Made by a program: the position numbers and the translations under genes. A stretch of 30,969 bases of DNA, taken from assembly GCA_045599485.1 (NCBI GenBank), contig JAZRWA010000050.1, forward strand, positions 1 to 30,969. Reading direction: 5' to 3'. Each line of letters starts with the position of its first letter. The first letter of the stretch is position 1. The notes beneath the pieces were generated by a model. It was not told the origin of the DNA. It searched no databases and saw only the letters and a program-made list of their open reading frames with translations. Source of the stretch: Clostridia bacterium. GTDB lineage: Bacteria > Bacillota > Clostridia > Christensenellales > Aristaeellaceae. This document shows positions 16,999-26,734 of the stretch, piece by piece.

Positions 16999-18143
16999 AG
17001 TTCTTCCTCCTTCATTGATACGATCGAACCACCGGTCGAAGTAATGGAAAGCACCCTGCAGTGATCCTCACCCAGAACACGATCCATGCCTTGCTTGAAG
17101 TCATTCACCCTGTCGAGGGGCACAAATGCTTGGATCGTACCTGCAAATCCGCCGCCGTGCACGCGGCAGGCACCGTGACCCTCCAGCAAGCTTTCTGCCA
17201 AGGCCAAAGCCAGAGCGACTTCCTGATGACCCTTTTGCGCTGCCGGGATCACATTTTGCAGGTAACGCCATGAGGAGATGCCCGACGCCTTCACATCGGA
17301 AAGGAACGCGGCGAAATTGCCTTCCTGCAATGCCTGTTTCTGGCGCAGCACACGCTTGTTTTCTTCAAAAACATGCATGGCCCGCAGCACCGCCCGATCG
17401 CCGACCGCCGCGCGTAGCTCTTTTAATTGCCCCCAAAATGCCGTTTCCGGCACATCCCTCAAATATGTTTTTTCGAAGAAAGCACATACCGCTTTTAGTT
17501 CCTGCGTAATGGCCGTGTATTCATCCGTCAGATCCGCATGATCGGCACCGGTATCAATAATACACAGAGCATATCCCGCATGGGCAAAATCAAAATCGAT
17601 CTTTTCCACGACCGGTGTTTCCGGGCAATGAAAATCGATGAATACCATGCCGCCCACACTGCACGCGATCTGATCCATCAAGCCGCAAGGCTTGCCAAAG
17701 TACACATTTTCAGCATACTGACCGATTTTTGCGATCTCGACCGCGTCCAGCTGACTGTGAAAGAACAAAGTGTTCAGAATGTTGCCCATCAGCACTTCAA
17801 AGGACGCGGACGAGCTAAGCCCGCTGCCGGGCAATACAGTGGAGGAAACCTTCGCCTCAAATCCTCCCAGCTGTGCACCCCGATCCCGAAAGGCAGAGGC
17901 AATGCCACGCACCAGGGCCGCGGTGGTATTCTTTTCCTCCCCGCGCACAGCAAGATCGTGGATATCCACACTCACGCACGGATACCCCTCGGACGCGATC
18001 CGCATGACAGAAGTGGCATTGGGGATGACTTCCGCCACTGTTGCCAGCTCGATCGACGCAGCCAGTACACAGCCGTGCTGATGATCGGTGTGATTTCCGC
18101 TGATCTCGGTGCGACCGGGAGCCGAAAAAACCATTTTCTTCAT
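16995..18143 (-). CDS. galK: galactokinase
   Basis: GHMP kinase motifs (APGRTEISGNHTDHQHG; PGSGLSSSASF). ATG at 18143 after AAAGGAAAA. TGA stop overlaps the galT start. Confidence 0.9.
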   Translation of the reverse strand: MKKMVFSAPGRTEISGNHTDHQHGCVLAASIELATVAEVIPNATSVMRIASEGYPCVSVDIHDLAVRGEEKNTTAALVRGIASAFRDRGAQLGGFEAKVSSTVLPGSGLSSSASFEVLMGNILNTLFFHSQLDAVEIAKIGQYAENVYFGKPCGLMDQIACSVGGMVFIDFHCPETPVVEKIDFDFAHAGYALCIIDTGADHADLTDEYTAITQELKAVCAFFEKTYLRDVPETAFWGQLKELRAAVGDRAVLRAMHVFEENKRVLRQKQALQEGNFAAFLSDVKASGISSWRYLQNVIPAAQKGHQEVALALALAESLLEGHGACRVHGGGFAGTIQAFVPLDRVNDFKQGMDRVLGEDHCRVLSITSTGGSIVSMKEEEL

Positions 18144-18229
18144 TGTGTTTTCCTTTGATATCACAGTGTCAAAGCCCGCTTCGTTCCTACAGAAACTTCA
18201 TGCGCAACTGGCTTGATAAATCCAAACAC

Positions 18230-19204
18230 TTACCTTACGCGAAGAACAACTTTGCCGATGTTTTCGCCATTCTGAAGGATCGCATGGGCCGCCGCCGCCT
18301 GTGCCATCGGCAGTACTTTGTAAATGGTCGGACGAATTTCGCCACTTTCCAACTTAGGCCAGACATCACGAACCAAAGCATTAAGCAACTCTGCTTTTTC
18401 TTCTACACTGCGTTTGCGGAGCATGCTTCCCTTGAATACAATGCCACGGGTCAAAACAGCCCGGAGCGGAATATTTGCAGTTGTTCCGGCCAAAGTAGAA
18501 ATCAAGACCCAGCGGCAACCTTCATTGACATAAGGGAAGCATTGTCCGATTGTGTCTCCCGCCAGACAGTCGATGGCAACATCCACGGGATGACCCTTCT
18601 CTGCTTCCCGTTTCAGTACATCAGCTGTATCCTATGCGGATGTATCGATCACAACGTCCGCATGCAGATGCGAGATTTTTTCTTTAATATCAGCATTCAG
18701 TACGGATGTAATGACAAAGGCTCCAAAAGCCTTCGCCATCGGAATGCCTACGGAGGCCAGACCACTGGCGCCAGCTGGGAAGAATAACGTCTCGCCCGGC
18801 TTGAAGGCACCTTCTCCGAACAGGTTCAGATAACAGGTAGCATATGCTTCGGGAAGAGACGCCGCTTCTTCAAAGGACAAACCTTTCGGAATGGGCATCA
18901 CCATATTCTGCGGAACAGCCGCATATTCCGCATACCCACCGCCGCCCAGCAAGGCACATACCGGATCGCCGACTTTCCACCGGGTCACGCCTTCGCCCAC
19001 TGCGCTGACAACACCTGCCACCTCCAGACCCATCCATTCAGGCCAGCCTTTGGGAGAAGGATAGGTGCCTGCACGCTGAAGCAAATCTGCTCTGTTCAGT
19101 GCCGCCGCATGCACCTCAATTACGACTTTGCCAGCTTCGGCTGCGGCATCCGGCACTTCACTCCAAACGAGATTCCGTTCCTTGTCAATCAACATGGCAT
19201 ACAT
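18230..19204 (-). CDS. NAD(P)H:quinone oxidoreductase / zinc-type alcohol dehydrogenase superfamily protein with one in-frame TAG
   Basis: Track ORFs 18632..19249 and 18230..18586 share a frame and are joined across TAG 18632..18634. MDR-family pattern (AAALNRADLLQRAGTYP...; AGASGLASVGIPMAKAFGA; C-terminal GKVVL). ATG at 19204 after GGAGG. TAA stop. Confidence 0.8.
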
Positions 19205-19220
19205 CGGTTTCAGCCTCCGT

Positions 19221-20288
19221 TTATTCGTTTTGATACATGATTTCACCATTCAGCAATGTCAGCGTGCATTTATATCCCCGGTCGATCTGGAATGCTTTCC
19301 CGTCTTCTGCAGCAAGGGAAAAATCAATATTCCTCTCATCCAGAACCGCAATGTCAGCTGGTCCGTTCAGGCAAAGTCTCCCCCACTCGGGCTGGTTCAA
19401 CGTATCTGCAGCAGAAGTGGTCACAGCACGAAGCACTGCCTCTTCCGACATTCCAAGAGCACGGAACAGACTCATGCAGGCGGTCAAACCGTATATACCA
19501 CCCCTGTTATAAGCGTTCAGCCTTGTAAGATCGGTACTGATGGTAGTTGGCCATATAGATTGAGCTGCTGCAGCCAACAGTACGTCACGATCGGTATGAA
19601 CATACCCCGCATGACCGGTATCCAGAATGATTCCCTTTTTCTGCGCCGATTTCAGACATTCAAATTTTTCAGTCATGGCATTATGCACTCCGCCATGATA
19701 GATATGCGTAAGGATATCCCCTGCGGATAATGTATCCACGATTTCCGACATCGGCACCGGAGAATGAGAACAGTGAACGGTCACCTTCAGGTTCCGTTTT
19801 CGTGCAAAGTCACACACTTCTTTCAACGAGGTTATCGATTGTACTTCTGAAATGGTTGTGTCGAAATAGATCTTGACACCTGCCGCCCTGTTTCCGAATG
19901 CCTCCAGAAGTCTTTCTGTCTCCGCAAAGCTGGCGTGATCATTGTGAATCTGAGTACATACGAATACCACGCTTTTTACCCGGAACAGTTCCAGAAGATG
20001 CCGGTCTCCTTTTTCCGCACCGCATTCGGCAGTGGCGGTCACTCCGAAAGGCAGACAGCCCAGTTCCGCCGGCGTACCGAACCGATCGGTGGAAATTCCA
20101 TTCAGATGCGTATGGATATCCACCAAACCCGCCGATACGATTCGACCCTTGGCATCATACACATATTCCGCTTCAAAGCCGTCTGTATTTCCAAGGTCTG
20201 CAATTTTGCCATTCTGGATGGCGATGTTCCCCTAGAAAAAACGTTCACCATCCCATATCCGGCCGTTTCTGATCAAGATTCTTTCCAT
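19221..20288 (-). CDS. amidohydrolase-family metallohydrolase (deacetylase/dihydroorotase-like) with one in-frame TAG at codon 19
   Basis: ATG at 20288: MERILIRNGRIWDGERFF-TAG-GNIAIQNGKIADLG...GLVDIHTHL. The N-terminal beta-strand motif and the metal-binding HxH lie on opposite sides of TAG 20232..20234, in one frame. TAA stop. Confidence 0.75.
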
Positions 20289-20309
20289 GTGTTTTCTGCC
20301 TGATTGTGT

Positions 20310-22070
20310 TTACTGATATCTTCCGTCAGGGTTGATGGTCAGATTGCGGAAACGTTCCACATCCACCTTGGGCTTACGGTCAGGGGTCAGAATACCGTTC
20401 TGTTCCTGCTATACATCTGTCAGCTGCGTATATACATATCCCTGACAATACGGGATGGCGCGTGCTGCATCCGTCAGTGATTTATACCGCTCAAAGAACG
20501 CCTCTTCTCCGGCGACCTTATCATGATATCCCCATGAGCCGTTGTCTTTATCGTCAAACGCGATCCCGCCGTATTCCGTCAGAAGGAAGGCTTCCTTTCC
20601 GCTCCATTCCTTGCCATCACAGTAAGCCATGCGGTGATCGCAGGCATGCTCTGTAATTTCTTCCCGGCTTGCAAAATGCTTAGCGAGTACATCACCCGTT
20701 GCGGCATAGTCATGCAGACCGAAAATATCGCTTTGAACGCATTCCCAACCATCATTGGTGGAGACCATTCTCGTTCCATCCAATGCTTTTACCTGGTAGT
20801 ACAGCATGTTTGCAGTAGCCTGCATCTGCTTGTTGGCGTACATTCGATCCAAGCCCCAGCTTTCATTCACAGGAACCCAGGTAATAACCGATGGATGATT
20901 GAAATCACGCTCGATTCCACCCGTCAGCGTTTCGCTGGTATTGACCGCTGCTTCATCCGTAAATTCGTACGCGCTCGGAATCTCCTCCCATACGAGCAAG
21001 CCCAACTTGTCCGCCCAGTAGTAATAACGCGGGTCTTCCAGCTTCTGATGCTTTCTTGCGCCGTTATAGCCCAGTTTCAGCGTCCACTCGATATCTGCTT
21101 TGATGGCTTCGTCGCTAGGCGGTGTAATCAACGATTCCGACCAATAGCCCTGATCCAGTACCAAGCGCTGGTAGATGGGCTTGTTGTTCAACAGCACACG
21201 GCCATCCGCAACATGTGCCTTGCGCATGCCAAAGTAAGTGCTGACTTCATCGCCGGTATCCAGTTCCAGCTTCACATCGTACAATTTCGGGGTCTTTGGT
21301 GTCCATCGCACAAGCTGGTGCAGCGTACTGCCGTCCACCATGTCCACCACCATGCGCTGCGTGCGCTGATCCATCACCATGGTCTGTTCCCGCACAGTCG
21401 TTCCTTCCATGGAGACTGTTATCTTCACGCGTACGGGACTTTGCGGTATTTCATTCAGCGTGACCTGAATTGAAGCCGTACCCAGATCCACATCTGGGGT
21501 GACATGGGCGGTTTTCACATACACTCTGCCCGCTTCTTCCAGATATACAGTTTGCCAGATGCCGCTCGTGGGCGTATACCAGCAACCAAACCACTGATCC
21601 TTCCACAGCTGCTTGCCACGCGGCTGGGTACAATCTCTGGCGTCCTCCACACGGACGCACAGATCGTTCTCCCCCTCCCGGAGATACGGCGTAATGTCAA
21701 ACGCGAAAGGGGTGTATCCTCCCTTATGGGTACCCACACATTGGCCATTCACATAGACCATCGCCGCAAAATCCACTGCTCCGAAACGAAGCAGCAGCTT
21801 ATTTCCGGAGGCGATCGCCGGCTTTTCAAAAGTACGCCGGTACCACAACACCGGATGATGGGTTGCATCGTGGATGCCGCTCAGCTCGCACTGATAACAG
21901 AAAGGCACCATGATCTTCTTATCCAGCGTCACATCGGGATTGAACCATTTTTCGGCAAGACCTTTGTTTTCGTCATCATAACCAAACTGCCATTCACCAT
22001 TCAGGTTGACCCAATGAGGGCGGATAAAGTCGGGACGCGGGTGTTCGGGACGCGGAATCATAGTGCTCAT
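20310..22070 (-). CDS. glycoside hydrolase family 2 enzyme with one in-frame TAG near the C-terminus
   Basis: N-terminal RPEHPRPDFIRPHWVNLNGEWQF GH2 pattern with TIM-barrel region. The track ORF ends at TAG 20409..20411, but the frame continues QEQNGILTPDRKPKVDVERFRNLTINPDGRYQ to TAA 20310..20312. RBS GGGAGGAA. Confidence 0.8.
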
Positions 22071-22099
22071 TTGGTGTTCCTCCCATTATCGATGTTTCG

Positions 22100-23116
22100 T
22101 TATTCTCTCAGCAAAGACCAGTCAAATACATTGGCCAATGGCATTCTTTGCTCCGTACACAGACGCTTATACAACAAACCACAGTCCTTTGGCGATGCCA
22201 CTTCATGGATCATGGGGCGGACCATCATCTTGCCATTTTCCAGAAAACCAAGAATCATCCGGAAATCATCATGTCGAGTCCAATATCCTTCTCTCGAGTC
22301 ACCTGTCGGACGGACAAAATTGTGAGCACCAATGAGTTGAATACCGGGACGATGTACCTCGCTGTAAAAATCGATAGGGCAGTCGGATACACGGGTACAA
22401 CCGGTCAGGGAAATTCTTCCCATGAAAGCCGCAACCGAGAGCGCTTGCTTAAGGGCACGGGAAGAACCGGTTACTTCTACATTGGCATTGATCATTCGAT
22501 CACCTGTCAGTTTGCGCACTTTCTCCCGAAAGTCGGAGTCCGCCGGACTCAACGTATAATCTGCACCGAGTTTGGATGCAATTTCACAGCGTTCCTCATC
22601 AAAATCCACGCCAATCACCGGCAGTCCACCGCTGAGTCTGGCTGCCTGCACCGCAAACATGCCCAAAATTCCCAATCCGGTCACCATTGCCGTTTCGCCC
22701 ATTTGCAAGCGGGTTTTTCGGAGTCCCTGAACTCCCATGCTACCCACGATAACCATTGCGGCTTCCATCTGGTCGACATTCTGGGTAAAGGGATAATAGC
22801 CGTCTCCGTTCTTTGTAAAGGCAGCCTTAACATACTGGCTATGTCCCAGATGATCCGTCAATACCCGATCTCCAATTTGAACATCGGTAACATTTTTGCC
22901 CACCTCAACCACATGACCTGCACCGGAATACCCAAGCAGTTTGGGGAATTTCTGTGCGACATTGGGCGTATTGATCAGATTTGCTTTTTCCGTTCCGGCG
23001 CTGACGGCAGTATAGTCATTCTGAATCAATACTTCATCATCACGCAGTTCGCCCAGTTCGACTTCAACAAGCTCCGCTTTCTCAACGTCCGTAAACAATA
23101 TCTGTTTTGTTTTCAT
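22100..23116 (-). CDS. zinc-dependent alcohol/polyol dehydrogenase (MDR family)
   Basis: Track ORF with ATG at 23116 after GGAGA. Contains GHSQY..., the GLGILGMFAVQAARLSG Rossmann motif, and other MDR-like blocks. TAA stop. Confidence 0.8.
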   Translation of the reverse strand: MKTKQILFTDVEKAELVEVELGELRDDEVLIQNDYTAVSAGTEKANLINTPNVAQKFPKLLGYSGAGHVVEVGKNVTDVQIGDRVLTDHLGHSQYVKAAFTKNGDGYYPFTQNVDQMEAAMVIVGSMGVQGLRKTRLQMGETAMVTGLGILGMFAVQAARLSGGLPVIGVDFDEERCEIASKLGADYTLSPADSDFREKVRKLTGDRMINANVEVTGSSRALKQALSVAAFMGRISLTGCTRVSDCPIDFYSEVHRPGIQLIGAHNFVRPTGDSREGYWTRHDDFRMILGFLENGKMMVRPMIHEVASPKDCGLLYKRLCTEQRMPLANVFDWSLLRE

Positions 23117-23151
23117 TGTTTTATCTCCGTAATTTTTTTCGAATGAAGGGC

Positions 23152-24150
23152 TCAAAGAATGCCGCAGGCCTGCAGCGTAGCACGCTGCAAGGCGATCTCA
23201 TAATCATATGTGAAAGGATTCTCTTTTTCTCCGCGAATATAGGCTGCAAAGTCCTTGACCTGCTCGTCATAGCGGCCAACCTGTGTTTTGAACCCCGTCA
23301 AATATTGCTTCGAATCATGATAGGTAGGCGGGTTGTCTTTGCTGAAAGACACCGAAATCATGGAAGGGCCTTCCAACGGCTTGACTTCCACTGTGCCTTT
23401 CGTGCCGCAAATGACCAGTTGGCGTCTGCCAAAGCCATTGACTTCACGAGAGGTCGTGCGTACAGTGCAGCTGGCATTGGGATAAGTGACCACTGCCAAC
23501 GCGTTATCCTGCAACGCCACATCCTGCGGAATCGTTCGTTTGATAAAAGGAACGACCGATTCGGGATTGGGACCCAGGATTTGAAAGATCATGTCAAACA
23601 GGTGACAGCCGAAGATATACATGGTTCCGCATTTGAACGACTTGCTGAGCCATTGGCGGTACGGTTCGCCATGAGCCGTGCTCATCTGTGTATCGATTTC
23701 GAAAATCTCCCCCAGTGCACCGCTCTTTGCAATGGCAATGGCCTCCTGAATGACCGGGTTATAGCGGTACATATATCCCATCTGAACAACCAGATGCTTT
23801 TCGCGTGCCGTGTTCATGACCTCAGCAAACTCATTGATATCTTCGCCACCGGGTTTATCCATATGAATATGATAGCCCTTCCGAAGACATTTCAAAGCTG
23901 CCTGATCCAGGTCTGGCACGTCCGTTTCCACAGAAATAGCCTCCAGATCCGGGATGGCAAACAATTCCTATTCACTCAATCTGGGGAGTCCAATATAACC
24001 TGGCAGATTACCGCGCTTTTCCCACCAGGATTCATCGGGTTCGCAAACACCTACCACATCAAAAATTTCCGGGAAGCGACGAAAGCATTTCATTTTTTCT
24101 TCGCCATGGTTGTGCCCCAGTCCGTACTGCGCGATTTTGATCTTATTCAT
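23152..24150 (-). CDS. Gfo/Idh/MocA-family oxidoreductase with one in-frame TAG
   Basis: ATG at 24150 after GGAGGA. The N-terminal Rossmann segment MNKIKIAQYGLGHNHG...VVGVCEPDE is joined in frame across TAG 23968..23970 (LSE-TAG-ELFAIPDLEAISVETDV) to the remainder of the protein. TGA stop. Confidence 0.8.
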
Positions 24151-24244
24151 ATTGCATCCTCCTGCCTGCGATTTGCCCATCTTGAGCTGTTTTCCAAGTC
24201 AGTATAACCCTCGTCACCGTTCCGGGACAATTTGCTTTGCGTCA

Positions 24245-26458
24245 TCAGGCATTTGTCTTTCGGCTTTGACGATACTCACTGGGAGTCATTCCCTCCTGAA
24301 GTTTGAATTTGCGTAAAAAAGATGGAACATCATTATAACCAACAGCATGGACAAGCGTTTGAACAGTATCTGATCCGGAAATAAGCCTCCGTTTGAACTC
24401 TTCCATGCGAAGGTATGCAATATACTGAACAAAAAGCATGCCTACATCCTGCCGCAGGATGTCATTGATCTGAGACGGGCGCATCTATATCTGTTGAGAA
24501 ACAATGTGAATGGACATTTCATAATCGGTAAAATGGCTATGAATGTATTCCATAACACGGCGCTTGTTAGAAAACTGTCGTTCCTCCTCTAACTCCGATT
24601 TCTTCATACAGGCAAATTGAATCATTTCACAGCCATGTAGAATCAGAGTATCTGTCGTAGGTGATTGAATCATTTTTTCAATCATATCATCCGGGATCGC
24701 AATTCCTTCTTCTTTCATTTGCATAACCAAGGATTGCACCAAGGCATTCACCCTGAACTGAAACATCAGCACAGAAGCAGCAGAGGAAGAAAGAGTGACG
24801 ATTAATTCCTTCCAATATACAAACGCCTGATCTGTCTGAATTCTTTGAATGGATTCCATCAGAAGCGAGCATATCTGAGTTTCCTCCCATCCATTGCTTT
24901 TAGGCGGAGTCATAAAGCATATAGCTTCCGTTCCCGGTCTGCGCAGGCGAATTGCAGCAGCTGCATGATTGAAGCTTTCGGACAAAGCAAGCGGGTCGTC
25001 AATTACAGATCCCACACCGATCACTGCACGATGATATCCTCTTTGACGTATGGTACCGAGCCATTTTTCTGCCAATGATTTCATTGTCTCGTGTTTCTAT
25101 CCCGCCGCATCGCTAAAATTAACTATAACAGCCAATGCATGTTCATTGGGCAGTTCTCCCGGCAGCATACGGATTCCTTTGGGTTCCTGCAAAAAAATCG
25201 CTGATACATTGGATACTGTCATCTCCGCCTTTTCACCGGGAAGTATGTAAAACACGCAGAAATGGACATGTGGAAAATGAACGTCAGAACAGGTGAGCAA
25301 ATAGTCAAGCGCATCTTTGGACTTGATCTTTCCGAAAACCAATTGCTGTACCAGGTGGCTTGCCGCATATAGATGAATCTGCCCCAACTTCAACGTCAGG
25401 ATTTCATTCTCTGTTGTTAACTGTTCATGGTACATTTTTAGAAACGCAAGCTCATTTTCATTTGTTAACAGTTTTCGTCCGCCGGAGAGCTATGTAACAT
25501 ACTTGCGGATTGGAAGAGCATTCGTAAAACTGATGAAGAGCGACAACACCATAAGAAGACCCGCAATTGCAGCAAACAGGATGCTTTGGGATGTGCGAAC
25601 GCTACGGATACTTTCAAAGAAGTTTTCCTATGTATCCAGCAGACAGAAACTGAGTGACCGAACACTGTTCAGAATTCTCAGCATTTCATAGCGTGTCCCG
25701 CTCTCCGCAAAAGAGAGCACACCTGTTCCGGTATGTTTAAGTATTACATTTTGATTGACCGGACTTTCTCCGGATGCATAAAACAGTCCCATAGCTTTGG
25801 TCGGATAGATGAGGACCGTACCGTTTGTTTCTCCCAAATAACTGCTGAACAAATCCTGGAGATATTCAGACGGCATCATATACAAAATCACTATGCTGCT
25901 CTCATGGTCTGGCGTAATAGAAAAAGGCACCAGATACACCAATTGATCACGTAAAGTCGCTTCCTGCGTTTTCAATCGAAGCAACGTGGAAGAGCGGCAA
26001 CTCATGATGGTCTTGTACAACTGACTCTGATCCGGATCATATTCTTTGGATAGATATTGCTGAAAAGCAGAATAGCTCTCACGTCCTTCACAACTATAAA
26101 TACTTTTATCGCCCCGGATATACACATAAATGCCGACTCGGTTATCAATCTTGGTTTTCATGGATTCCAGGATTGCTTTCAAAGCTGATTCATAAGCTAT
26201 ATTCACGATACGATTTTCACTCATCGTGAAGCACTGGCTGAGGGTATAATTACTTTCCAACATGAAATCAAAACGGTCAAGGAGTGTATCAAATTCGCTT
26301 ACTGCACTTTTAAACGAATCCAGCCGGGATGATGCTGTATACTGGATTGAAGACTGAACATTGCCGTTCACGATGATTGCGATAAAAATGAGCACAAAAA
26401 TAGAAGCCAAAAATGTAATCGTCAAATTTTGCAGGAGCATACTGCCTTTTTGTTTCAT
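24245..26458 (-). CDS. membrane-anchored AraC-family sensor/transcription regulator with four in-frame TAG codons
   Basis: A single frame runs from ATG 26458 (RBS GGGAGA) to TGA 24245..24247. It encodes TM1 (LTITFLASIFVLIFIAIIV), an extracytoplasmic domain, TM2 (ILFAAIAGLLMVLSLFISF, in the segment between two TAGs), a cytoplasmic region, and a C-terminal AraC HTH (GYNDVPSFLRKFKLQEGMTPSEYR). The TAGs are at 25628..25630, 25490..25492, 25097..25099 and 24485..24487. Confidence 0.75.
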
Positions 26459-26622
26459 TTTCTTTTTTCTCCCGACAGATATTAAATCCATTTTGTTCAT
26501 TATACCAACAGGTTTCTTTCTTTTCAACGGACCATTCAAGCTGTTTGTGCAAAACAAATCGAAAATGACGGAAAACAAATCAAAACTTACAAAACAGCAA
26601 AGGCAGTAATTTGCACAACAAA

Positions 26623-26651
26623 TTGTTATTTGCGTCTCATCTTCCTATAAT
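26623..26651 (+). promoter_or_regulatory. candidate sigma-A promoter of the sugar ABC operon
   Basis: TTGTTA at 26623..26628, 17-nt spacer, TATAAT at 26646..26651. A small AACAA-A-TTGTT palindrome overlaps the -35 element. Confidence 0.4.
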
Positions 26652-26734
26652 GGAATCAGAAAACCAACGAGCGCAATGCGCTACAGTTCTCACCTCCAAT
26701 AAAAAAAGATGAAACCAAGGAGCAATGGATCTAT

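Noticed and set aside
25465-25665. Track ORF 25465..25665 (-), a possible small gene between pieces of the AraC sensor.
   Set aside because: It is in a different frame from the flanking pieces. The frame shared by 25628..26578 and 25097..25435 reads through this interval with only two TAGs and encodes a plausible TM2/linker segment.
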